A stretch of DNA of 64,000 nucleotides, taken from Paraspadella gotoi (lineage: Eukaryota > Animalia > Chaetognatha). The DNA is taken from the NCBI GenBank assembly GCA_051294375.1, contig CM119267.1, positions 21,459,755 through 21,523,754 of the forward strand, written 5' to 3'. Of this stretch, positions 13,173 through 28,537 are shown piece by piece. The notes beneath the pieces are model-generated. The model was not told where the DNA came from. It did not search any database and saw only the letters and a program-made list of their open reading frames with translations. Position 1 is the first letter of the stretch; the number at the start of each line of letters is the position of its first letter. Position numbers and translations under genes: made by a program.

Positions 13173-13933
13173 GTCAAAGATGGTCGTTGCATTGGTTGGG
13201 AAATTTTATCGGTTGGTTGCAGACCTTTAGTTGAGCAGGAAAAAGAATTAGAACATTTGACGGTTTTTTTAAATAGTTAAAACATAAAAGCAAAGTATTT
13301 TCTAAGGTTTTGAAAGGTCTACGTCGTTTTTAAAAGAGTTTTGTTATTTCTATATTCTATTTTTACGATAAAACGAAATGATTTTCAAAAAGAATGCTTT
13401 GGTTTTAATTTTAGAAACACAAGAAAATAAAGGAAATTTTATACCGTTTACTAAATGACTCTATTGCCCGAAAAAGTGACGGCGCGCTCTTGAAAATAGA
13501 AATTGAAGAGAGAAGAGATCTCGAAATTCAATATCGAAGCCCCCGACTGTAGTCACGTGACCAATGAAGCGCGTCGGCCTTCACGATTCGACGAAGGTAC
13601 AAACGGAGCAAATGCAGGTCAAAACATAAAAATGAAAGATTGCGCAGAAGGGAAGAAATCTGACAATGTTTGGTGATGAAATTAATAACATTTTCAGAAA
13701 TACCACACGCTATGAAAAATCATTTATTTAGTTTAAGAAAAATATAGGGAAGCCTACTTGGATATTCTGCAGCTTTTTACCCATTTTATGAGATGAAACG
13801 ATCCGCAAATGTTTATGTCGCATAGTTAAAACTTACCCTCGTTATTATATAGGTTATCACTCTTTCTTCGGGTTTAGATAAACCAAAAAAAAAAAGAAGA
13901 GAATTCTACCTCAAAAATATTCCAGTTTCACAG

Positions 13934-16605
<2,672 letters not shown>

Positions 16606-16998
16606 TAGTGTTAAAAATAGATTGCTCAGCCAATAGCGTCTTTGGGAGGGCTGGCAACTTTAGATAAGAGTTAAATAACAATCAACACGCCCTTTCGAAA
16701 GACAGTTTAAAAAAAAAAAGAAAAAAAAAAGACAGCTCAGTTATGGCAAAAATGTGCAAAGATATTTATATATAAATATGAAGAAGTTACATATGTACAT
16801 ATTTACTGATGTCAGATATTCCTTTTCTCGTTTATTTTTTTTCGTTTATTAGTTTCTTAAAATAACAATCATGAAATATATACATATAAATAGATAAATA
16901 ATAAAACTTATAATTGAATCGTCTATTCGATAATAATATTGATGAAGACAACAGACCTATATAAAAACATCTTAGTCAACGTAATAACTTACATCAAA

Positions 16999-19900
16999 AT
17001 GGAACTATCTTCCGATCTCTTTCTTTTGATAGCAAGTATTGCATTACAGATGTCGATATTGGAACAGACGTCCAAACGTCCAAATTTTATTTTTCTCACC
17101 CAGATTCCTAAGCTGAATGTGCTGGGATGGATCAGCCAGGGGATAATATTTAGTAACTATCATTACCACCTTAGTTTTAGGTCTGGCAGTACTCATAATA
17201 AATCACGATATGCTATCCAAGGCTTTACAAAAATCATGGCGCAAGTATCTGACTTATCATAATGCATTTTTTGGTTTGGGTTATGTCCGCTGTCAATAGA
17301 TTATTATTTGGACATTCATATGAACGAAGAAATAAGGTATTTGACGATAAGGTAATTGGTACTTAAATTTCTTCCGATTAAAATTGCTCTCCTTTTAATT
17401 ATACATTCCTGAAAAGAAGTATAAAAGAGTCTGTTAAGGAATTCTATATTTAATATTAATTTATTATTTTTAATTTAATTTTTTATGTAATAGTATAAAT
17501 ATCCCTCACCAAGCCATTCTTTCAATACATTCTTTTAATTCACTATTAAACTATTTCCTTCAGTCAGTGGCAGGCAAAACAAAAGAGACCTGGATAACTA
17601 TTTACAACATAATTCACTGCATCTTTGAGTCTTTTCCTCAATTGATAGTACAATATTACGCTTTGGTCACTTTGTGACTTCTGGAAGTCTTATCTATGTT
17701 TACAAAACGGTAGAATCGGTTTTCGGACATTTCGCACAACTATACGTTTTCTTTACAAAGTATTTCAAAATGGCACGGTTAAAAAATTATCCCGCAAATA
17801 AATTGTTCTTGCTGGTAGAAAGAAACAATCTCAATAATGGTTTGTTCTGTAGCTGGAATTTTCAGGTATATTTCAATATTTGAATTAACTTTAATACTTT
17901 CTAGCTTGATAGTCAGTAGTCACGACAACTAAATATTTGACATAAATTTGACATACATTTGAATTTACATCAATAATTATATTTATTTAGTTAAAATACG
18001 TTGCAACTTGCAAGAATACTCAATATAACCTAACAACAGTTCCCACCTCAAAATATTTTTTAAAACAAAATAATTTAGAAGATCATCATTTGGTGATGGC
18101 TTGCCTATATCTGGATATTGGGACTATAGAGCCGAATCCATGAAAGATATGGGTTCCCAACTTATGACCTCGATAATTATTTTTCGAACATAATAGTATA
18201 AAAAAATAGAAAATGAATAATAAATGTATTCAATTTAAAATATAAGAAATAACATATAAAAGATTATCAAATTTAAATCTAATAGATAAGGACGCGCCCT
18301 TTTCTTTAAAAAAACTATGTATGTATCCCTAACAGAACATACAATTCTACTTTGTAGTCTTAACCCTCAACATAACGAATCATAATAATCTTAATCCCAT
18401 TACAAGAATGATGTCTATTGTCTAATATCCAATCAGAAAACTAGGGCAGAAAGTAACTTTTACCTAAGTGGCGATGTTGCCAGACCCCCACTGGAGACCA
18501 CGCCAGTCAAAAAAGCCTGGGCCTCCCGTAAAATCTCCGTGCCTCAACCCTAACCCTAACTGCCTTTGACATGTCACCCACGGGCCTCTCTCCCAACCCT
18601 AACCCGGCCTCCCGTAACATATCCATGGCTCAACCCTAACCCTAACCGCCTTTAATACATCACCCATGGGCTTCTATCCCAACCCTAATTCTAAACCGGG
18701 CCTCCTGTTCATCAACAAAACCCTCCTACCCCTAACCTTAAAATTGACATTAACATTAACCATAAAATGAACTTAACTTAACTGAAACGCTAAGTCTAAA
18801 CTACTCAACCCTAACCCTAAACTAATCAACCCTAACCCCTAACTACTACCGCCTCAACCCTAACCCTAAAACCAACTCAACCTAACCCACCTAACCCTAA
18901 CCCTAATCTGAGTTTAGTTCAGCGAAATCGCCATAACAAGAACGCTCGATATTAGGGTGAAGTGAAAGTTTGGAATCAAAATTTAGCAGTTATAATCTTG
19001 AAAACTATCATATTATTGAATACTAATCTTTAATTATTTTTCTTTTTTTATAAATATAGTAGCCCAGTCAGCTTATTTTGTATATAGTACTACCCTTATA
19101 TAATGTCAAAATTTTAAAAATGGTTTTTTTTTAATTCTGAGAACAGATTCAGATTCCTCGTTAAAAGTTAGTAAAAGAAAGTGTAAATCTTTTTTCAAAA
19201 ATTATGTCATTAAGTAGGTTAAAATTACAAAAAATTATATTTTTAAGCTGGAAATTTAAAATCGGCATCTTAAATATAGTTTTTTACATTTTGACTAACT
19301 TAATGAAATAATTTTTAAAAAAGAATTGTACTTTCTTATAATAACTTTTTGGCAAGGAATCCAATTCGATCTTAAAATTAAAAAATTTGTATTTTGAAAT
19401 TTTAGCCTATTATATACTTATTACTATATATAAATATAGCTCACTGGTGCCCACTAATGTATAAAATTAAAAAATAAATTACCAAAATATTTTTTATGGT
19501 TTTTATGTTCATGTTTTATATGCTAAATTTTAATTTTCTAAAAATTTTATCATTTTCACATCACTCTACTCGATATAGTTCACAGCTAAATTTCAAATGG
19601 CGAGGAAGTCATGGCGAAGTCGCGATTTGGAGATTTCATAGGTAGTAGGTCAAAAATAAGAAAACCGTAAAAAATGATTCATCATCATCATCTTTTGATG
19701 ATTTATGTAGTTTTTAACATTTTTACTGAGAAAACGTAAGAATTTTTAAAATCTGTAATTATATTTCTTGTTGAACTTTTTATGCTCTTATCTATGGATA
19801 ATTTTATATTGGATGTACATTTCTTAGAGGTTTTCTAAGTTAAAATAATTAACAAAAATTTAGACTTAATATTGATTCTTAAACTTTTTTTTTCAGGATC

Positions 19901-21601
19901 CTCTTTTTATAATTTCACTCGTTTCATCTACAATTAGTGTCGCAAAGCTGCTGCAAGTTTAAGAGAAGTACTAATATTTAGGGTTTACTACTTATGTAAA
20001 ATAAAAGCTAGTATCCTTAAAATAGTAGATACGTTACAAGGCATTGCAGGTTTGAGCGTATGCTCGTATTTCATAATAGTTTATAGCGTTAGGTTTTTAG
20101 AAAGTTCAATTTGCTACTATCCCATTATTTTCTTCCGGATTATAAGTATGAATGAATTAAAAGAAATTATTAACGATTTGTAAAACTATTTTAAAAACTA
20201 GCAATAAAAATCCTAAATGACTTGGCAAAGAAACCTTTCAATGATTTTTATATAATACGACGGTCATTGTTAAGCACATTTTTATTATCTATGTTTTTCT
20301 TTGTTGAAACTCAAGTAACAATGGCGTCTCATTATTGGTATCCCTCTGGAATAAAGATTACATGGGGACTGAGCGACATTGAAAAGCCCAATTTGGCTCA
20401 ACTATTGCTTTCGGGTGTTTACGATTCTAAAGGGTTCAGACTTTGTATCAAGTTGAAAGGAAAAAGTAAAGGAACAAAAATGGGACAGAATAGTATTGGA
20501 CAAATATATTAACGTGAGTGAAATTTCTTGTGCTCGTTCCAAAAACAAAGATATGGCGAAAGCCGTGAACCTTGGAAACTACAAATTTTTTCGACCTGAA
20601 TATTCAACGCTGCTTCTTATGATTTTAATAGACCAATTGTTAAGTCTTATATATATCTTTTGTCAAACATTTTTTTTAAAATCATTTTTTTCATTTTTAC
20701 CTGAAATTTTTTATTTGTCTAGCTTAATCATACTCGTGTTGCTGTGTCTAAAAATTAATGCCGTGTAAAAAGTATTGTTTATCCTAAAGAAATATTTCAA
20801 AGGACACGTTTCATGACTAAAAGTTTATATGTCCCATACTTCGAATTACAGCTCCTGCTTTTTAAGCATTCAAGCTACTTATCAATCGTTTTTCTTAATA
20901 GGTTTGTGTTTGTTTTGTTCAAAACTTGGAAATCATAAAAAGCATATATTCAAATTCTTTAATATTACTAAACTTTGCCTTAGTCTATTCTTGTTAGTAA
21001 AAATATTTCATATAGAACTATTCAGGTGTCGGGGAAATAATTGATTTATCCATTCAACTATGCTTTTTAAATGACAGTCACCAAATTTCTAAAAATTCAA
21101 ATATTTAAAAAATATTCATGAAAACTATTCACTTTAAAGTTTATTTCAGACAACATTATTTTTCTGGCTAGTTTCTTGATTGTTCTTTCTATAAAGTCGT
21201 TGTGTAACCTATTCATAAAGGAATTCAAAAAGAGAGGTCTCAGACTTTTGAAGATTTTATTTATCTCGGGTATTTTCTTGTCTATTTACCGTATTTTAGA
21301 AACTTGAAAACTGATCATTCAACGAACATAAATAAATATTTTCTGAAACAGGAATAGACAAGGTTTTTTTGTATAAGTATAACTACCAACTCCAGTCATC
21401 GGAATTTCACAATATTGACGATTTTAGTCATCATATTAGTAACTGTTTAATAAGACCGCCTCGTGACTCAAAATATTTACAAAATTTTACTAAAAAGGTG
21501 AAAGAAAACACAAAATAATTACCGGCCACGACGAGTACAACGTTGTGTTATTATATATAATCTTAGTTATCATTCCAGGTTTCGTAATTTACATCGATTA
21601 G
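16999..21601 (+). pseudogene. Frameshifted second copy of the XK-related gene (probably sequencing indels rather than true decay)
   Basis: Same exons as 6467-11062 but broken into short ORFs (16939-17262, 17674-17883, 20222-20512, 20496-20768, 20829-21044). Confidence 0.75.
18953..19568. mobile_element. hAT MITE family B, duplicated copy
   Basis: Same TIRs and CTCGATAT TSD as 8427-9028. Confidence 0.88.
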
Positions 21602-22308
21602 GCATAATATATAGGCAATTAGCCTCAGCTTGAAAAAAGCTTTTAGAATTTCTGTAAATCCGTTTCAATAAATTTTGGCACTTTTATATATTTTTACTGG
21701 GTATAAAACGTACAGCTAAACTTATATTCAAGGTAAGGTTGTAAATGTATTTATTTTATAATCGTGAAAGTACAACCTATGTCTTGACAATATCAAATTA
21801 TTTTTTCAATTTTTTCACAATCAAAACTGATGTCTAAATTTGAGCTAGATGTGTACAGATTTAATTGTAATTAATTGTAACCTTGATAGTTGATAGGGCA
21901 CCAGCCGTGCTAAAAACCTAAGTCCCACAAAACATATAAATATGAAAGCATACAATTTTAAAGTCGGAGGACGAGTTCAAAAATCGAAAAAACCACAAAA
22001 CCACTCAGATCTTTACAAAGGTTCTTACATAACGAAAGTCGATAATTTAACACAGTCTATGCTTTAATGTTATAGTTAGAAATGGCATCTCATTCGAAAA
22101 CATTTCATCCATAGATATTACGTTTCTTTGACGAATAAATTTATACAATTGGGGAAATTAGAATTATTTTTCTTATCAGAACCGGAATCATCAGTACCAT
22201 CTTCACTTTAGTTTAATCACTTTCTTGGATTTACACAGGATTTTTTCCCCTTTTTATAAAATGGTCGAATGTTTTACAAGGCCCGATAAAAATCCCCAAT
22301 AATCATCA

Positions 22309-22345
<37 letters not shown>

Positions 22346-22346
22346 T

Positions 22347-24326
22347 TCAGCGATAATCGCTTTTTGGATTTACTCTTTTACATTTTATTTTCCGACCGCA
22401 TGTGTTTTATTTCCGCAATTGCCGCAAAAGCCTTCAGGGCGTGGCCTCTCTCGATATCCGATCGGTGTCGCATCTGCCCGAAAAACATTTCCTTCCTCAT
22501 CGAGTTCGTTATCGCTGAAAAGTCGAGCCAAAGAATTAGAGATTAAAATTGCTTTTCTCGGTCCTTCAATTATAGCCTCTATATCTGGCCATACGGTTCT
22601 CGATCAAGGCCACTGCTTCCTCCACACTTTCCACGTTGCTCATCATCACTTTCTCTTGCATAAAACGCCAGCGGAGTCCGCGAGTGAAAGTCATCAAAGC
22701 ACGGCATCGTACGAATCATGTCTTTATCCTCCTCCTGCATGTGTGGGTAAAAAGAGACCCACTCTCTGATCGCTTCTTTAACTCTGAGTCGAAATATATC
22801 GACTGACTCTCCGTTATTTCTACGCACGGACCTCGCTCGCCAGGAGAGCGTCGTGCTTCTTCTGCGAAAGATAATGATCCAGAGTAACTTCAGAGCCTCG
22901 GAGTTCGCTTGAGTCTTCACCGTTTCCTTCCAAGTCGGTTCCATTTCCTTCGTCTAAAATCAGTCCCGACAATTTTGATTCAAGAGATAGCGTGAGATAG
23001 AGTAGCGTGCGCGGTCACGCATTTGAAACACAGATCCAATACAAAATTGGGGCAGAGATATCGCTGAGTAGGCATATCTGCCCTACTTCCGCATTCCTAA
23101 CAACTCCATGGGCCAGTTGGGTCACGTTTATCTCCCTTTCACAGACGTTAGCTCTCGCGAGGATAAATATGAATACTAAGGCGGGCCAAAATTGAACACT
23201 TTTTATAACTTTTAATTCTCTCAAAAAATTCCTTTTTTCCTTCTATTACTAAATCGATTTTCAATGCAACTTTTTGAATTCGTTCATTGAGTTGTTGCAC
23301 TGAAGCTGTTAAATATTTATTAATATATAACAAATGACAAAAATTTTTTTACAAAAATTAGTTTTTAGGAACGGATTCCTATAGAGCTTGAAAAGTTAAA
23401 TGAAAGTTAGTACTACATTTTTTAAAATTTTGACAAGAAATTGTTAAAAACAGAAAAAACGTAAAAAAATCAACATCATCATCATCATTGGCTGAATTTT
23501 ATAGTTTTTTAAAATTTTTATCAATAAAACAAAAAAATTTAAAAAAATTGTATTAATAACCTTTATCTAACTTTAAAGCTCTATCAGAATCCATTAAAAA
23601 AATTGAAAATTCAAAAAAATTTTTTAACTATATATAGTAATAAAGAATCTTTAAATGCTTCCGTGCGCTTATTAATAAGATAATTTTTTTAAATTATTTT
23701 TATTTTCATATTCTTTAAACAGTCACTTTATCATTATTTATTTGAGAGAACCTCTAGTTTTCAACCTGTTCCGGCCTAATGAATACATTTCTGGATGTTT
23801 GATAGCCGTGTCATCAATATATTTCTTATAAATGTTTGCCAAAGACTTGGAATATTTGTTGTTTTATCCATTTCTATCAGGTTTAATTGGCCGAGTAATA
23901 TGCGTGGTTACACAGTGTAGACAAAGATCCCATTCACCAGCTCGGGCAGCGACATAGCAACACGGCCTCCTTTCTGCTTTTTCTACAATACTTGCAACTC
24001 CATGGGTCGTTTTTACTTTGATTACTTAGAGACGTCGGCTCTGGATTTGAATAAAAAGAATTTATTCCAATTTGATTTTCGGAGCCGTAAAAATCTTCGA
24101 GTCTCTCAGGTAACCAACTCCCGCCATTACCAATTTCTCCCATTGATTCCCTATTGGATCTTGCAATGCCCGAAGCTTGTCGACGTTGCTCAATCCAGGC
24201 TGCGCCTCTTTCCTCGTAGACATCGTCGGCATCATCGTCCGAAGGTGCGCTCCAGCCTCTCGGAAAATTTCGTCCCGCAACCCTTCTTTGATCGCCGTCG
24301 TTTCGTCGAGGATTGCCGTCGGTCAT
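22347..24326 (-). pseudogene. Second copy of the gag/zinc-finger relic, additionally split by a hAT MITE
   Basis: Colinear with 11806-13172; same in-frame TAG and AAAAT duplication. Confidence 0.6.
23177..23778 (+). mobile_element. hAT-superfamily MITE family A, insertion 1 (602 bp)
   Basis: Ends TAAGGCGGGCCAAAATTGAA / TTCAACCTGTTCCGGCCTA; 8-bp TSD ATGAATAC (23169-23176, 23779-23786); empty site with a single ATGAATAC at ~12626 in copy 1. Confidence 0.93.
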
Positions 24327-25666
24327 GTCAAAGATGGTCGTTGCATTGGTTGAGAATTTTATCGGTTGGTTGCAGACCTTTAGTTGAGCAGAAAAAGAAT
24401 TGAACATTTGACGGTTTTTTTAAATAGTTAAACATAAAAGCAAAGTATTTTCTAAGGTTTTGAAAGGTCTACGTTCGTTTTAAAAGAGTTTTGTTATTTC
24501 TATATTCTATTTTTACGATAAACACGAAATGATTTTCAAAAAGAATGCTTTGGTTTTAATTTTAGAAACACAAGAAAATAAAGGAAATTTTATACCGTTT
24601 ACTAAATGACTCTATTGCCCGAAAAAGTGACGGCGCGCTCTTGAAAATAGAAATTGAAGAGAGAAGAGATCTCGAAATTCAATATCGAAGCCCCCGACTG
24701 TAGTCACGTGACCAATGAAGCGCGTCGGCCTTCACGATTCGACGAAGGTACAAACGGAGCAAATGCAGGTCAAAACATAAAAATGAAAGATTGCGCAGAA
24801 GGGAAGAAATCTGACAATGTTTGGTGATGAAATTAATAACATTTTCAGAAATACCACACGCTATGAAAAATCATTTATTTAGTTTAGAAAAAATATAGGG
24901 AAGCCTACTTGGATATTCTGCAGCTTTTTACCCATTTTATGAGATGAAACGATCCGCAAATGTTTATGTCGCATAGTTAAAACTTACCCTCGTTATTTAT
25001 TAGGTTATCACTCTTTCTTCGGGTTTAGATAAACCAAAAAAAAAAAAGAGAGGAATTCTACCTCAAAAATATTCCAGTTTCACAGCATCGCAATTTTCTC
25101 ATTCACAGTTTTTCGATTCGCACTCTCTTCGAGTTGACGCTTCACCAGGGTCCAGCGCAGAGAAAAACATCTCACCTAACCTCGTTGCACCTCACCTCAC
25201 CCGCTCTACCTCACTTTCACCTCTTCCTCTTCCTCTTTCTCTTATTGTTTCTCTCACTACTTCCGGTGAAAGTTGAACCTGCGAGAGATTTTATGTATAT
25301 TTTTAAAAATTTGTATAAAAATAAAAGTACTTACTCGAAATCAAAACTCGAATCATTGCTGTCGAAAACTGATTACGTACAGCATCGATTAATTTAATGC
25401 CAAAGAATCACTCGATTCGTACAACAAGCTAAATAAAAAAAAAAATTTTTAAACTTCTAAACAAAATAAAAGTCTAGAATCAAGTAAATTTAAGTCGTGA
25501 TGAAGACTGTTCAATTTCTTCAAGTTTTACTTTTCTTACAAATTCATCGCTCAAAGCTGACACAAGGCAGAGGCGACTCCATGCAAGGGTGAGTTTTATT
25601 TTGCGATCAGTTATTTCATCAACAGTTTGAGCCACTTTCTCGGAATTAAAAACCCATTCCAACAAT

Positions 25667-25750
25667 GTCAGGATGGCCGAGCGGTCTAAGGCGCTGCGTT
25701 CAGGTCGCAGTCCACCTCTGTGGGCGTGGGTTCGAATCCCACTTCTGACA
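25667..25750 (+). tRNA. tRNA-Leu(CAG), duplicate copy
   Basis: Identical to 14516-14599. Confidence 0.93.
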
Positions 25751-26370
25751 TGTCGTTTTATTTTCATTAAATCAGCCGTCATCGATTCCACGATTTCGCC
25801 GCAGCTTCGTCCGCAACCGACGCGGCAGATCTGGCGGAGGAACGCGTCTGGAGAGACGCGGATTTTCAAGAGAAAGAAAAGATTTCAGATGAGGGGATTG
25901 CGAGGTGAGGCAAGGGGGGGGGTGAGGGCTAGGGTGGGTTGGGTCCTATGGTAGTACGATGTGGAAGAGCACAGGATAGAGAGTTGTGACATACATTAAG
26001 CATAGACCATTCAAAGAGGTTGGTGATTTTATTTAAATGAAAGAAACATATCAAAAACAGTCAGGGATATGTAACTTAGAAAAGAAACTAATTTGCGCTC
26101 TAATTTTAAGAATTGATTTCAAATAATTGATTTAAGGGTTAAATTTAGAGAAAAGTAATATGTTATATGTAATACGTAATATGTTATATTTCTCAAAAAT
26201 AGATTGAAATTTTCGTTCGTTCATTTCGCCGTCTTTGTTCGCATTTCTATTCCGTTTCTATTTTTGCAGGCGGATCGATTTTCAAAAATGAGAAGAGAAA
26301 TCGAGACGATGAAAATTCTTTAAGTCGATCCTCGATGACGAGATTATGAGGCTGAAGAAGATGATCGAAG

Positions 26371-26464
<94 letters not shown>

Positions 26465-26637
26465 ATACATCTAAATCGATTATCAATATTTACTGAAGTT
26501 ACTAGTTAGTTCTCTGTTTCTCCTTTCTATTAGACCTAAATAAAAAATAGAGGCATTTTATATCTCTAGGTTAGTTAAATGTATAACTATTTATTTTACG
26601 TATTTTTTGCTTTGCTGTGAGCATTATATATAGATAT

Positions 26638-27228
26638 TAAGGCGGGCCAAAATTGAAACTTTTTATAACTTTAATTCCTCAAAAAAATTCCTTTTTTCCT
26701 TCTATTACTAATCGATTTTCAATGCAACTTTTTGAATTCGTTCATTGAGTTGTTGCACTGAAGCTGTTAAATATTTATTAATATATAACAAATGACAAAA
26801 TTTTTTTACAAAAATTAGTTTTTGGAACGATTCCTATAGAGCTTGAAAGTTAAATGAAAGTTAGTACTACATTTTTTAAAATTTTGACAAGAAATTGGTT
26901 AAAAACAGAAAAAACGTAAAAAAATCAACATCATCATCATCATTGGCTGAATTTATAGTTTTTTAAAATTTTTATCAATAAACAAAAAATTTAAAAAAAT
27001 TGTATTAATAACCTTTATCTACTTTTAAAGCTCTATCAGAATCCATTAAAAAAAATTGAAAATTCAAAAAAAATTTTTTAACTATATATAGTAATAAAAG
27101 AATCTTTAATGCTTCCGTGCGCTATTAATAAGATAATTTTTTTAAATTATTTTTATTTTCATATTCTCTACAGTCACTTTATCATTATTTATTTGAGAGA
27201 ACCTCTAGTTTTCAACCTGTCCGGCCTA
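26638..27228 (+). mobile_element. hAT-superfamily MITE family A, insertion 2
   Basis: Near-identical to 23177-23778; 8-bp TSD ATAGATAT (26630-26637, 27229-27236); empty site at ~15496 in copy 1. Confidence 0.93.
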
Positions 27229-28130
27229 ATAGATATATATCTATATTTATATTTAATTATGAAATTGGTACAACCAATATAAGAATTATCCATTCATTTA
27301 ATAAATAAGCTATCTTGTCGCTGACTTTGGACAGGCTTTGTGGTGGTTAAGGCCTCCATCACTCTTACAAGATAATGTCATAGCAGGTCCCTGCAAGCTT
27401 TCAATCAAGACTCTCTCACAGTCGAGTTTATTCGCAGAGTACCTGGCTTCCCAATCAATAAAGTGGTATATATTTCCAAGAATGTTTCAATTGTATGAAA
27501 AGACCACTTCCTTAAGTATTAGATCATGGAATACTATATAGTATATATATTATTGCTTTCGCATCAAACCTCAGACATGCAGCAGCAACTCGAAAAATCA
27601 AACAAATGGCAACCAAGGAAAAAAGCGACATCTGCCGAAAACGAAGATAAAACAAAAGAACCGTCTCAGTTAAACGCCGCGACGAAGAAGAAGACGATGA
27701 GAGGAACGACGGACACGAAACACGGGACGACATATTACGTCGATAAAAAAGCTTACGCCAGGTGCAAAAGAACAAATTAACAGTAGCAACTGAAAAATAT
27801 TCAAATTAAATGATTTCAATTATAGATGCCCTAAATTTTCCCAGAACCCAGAATTAAAAATTAGGTTAGAGGATAGGTTAGGGATTGGGTTAGTTATTAA
27901 GGTTAAGGATTGGTTTGTGATTAGGATTAGAGATATCGGTTGAAATTAACGATAAGGATTTAAGATTAGGGTTCAGCATAAGATTGGGGTTAATGATTAT
28001 GAATAGGGATTAAGGTTAAGGGTTGGTTTTTTAGTTTAAAAAAAAATATATATATATATATTTAGACTAATTTAAAAAAAAATTAAATTCTGGGATAAGC
28101 GAAGCAAAATTGGGCACTCACGGAAAAGAT

Positions 28131-28205
<75 letters not shown>

Positions 28206-28328
28206 AGAAAGAAAGAAAGAAAGAAAGAAAGCCAAAACCATTTCTCATTATTCATGACTGTCTGACATATCCACCCTCCATCCTGACCACCACTCTGACC
28301 ACAATCACGACCACTCCCACATCCACAG

Positions 28329-28442
28329 ACGCCCCATCACCCTCTCCACTCGACCAGACTATGGAGTCAGTCTGGAGGCGCCCTTCGAGACGATCACCGA
28401 CTGCGTGGAACATCTATCGTCGCCTGGAGACAGGTTGTGTTT

Positions 28443-28537
<95 letters not shown>

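Larger units (their letters stand above)
16606..28341 (+). repeat. Tandem segmental duplication, copy 2 (indel-rich; probably an alternative haplotype added by gap filling)
   Basis: Colinear with 6072-16605, with scattered 1-2 nt indels and two extra ~600-bp insertions. Confidence 0.93.
25086..28341 (+). pseudogene. Frameshifted duplicate of the beta-helix gene 5' exons
   Basis: Exon 25805-25904 is 2 nt shorter than 14654-14755, and the next exon lacks one G (GACGAGATT vs GACGGAGATT). Confidence 0.6.

Noticed and set aside
13552-13565. GTCACGTGAC (CLEAR-type E-box) plus CCAAT upstream of the beta-helix gene
   Set aside because: A single motif that may lie within an upstream exon; the transcription start is unknown
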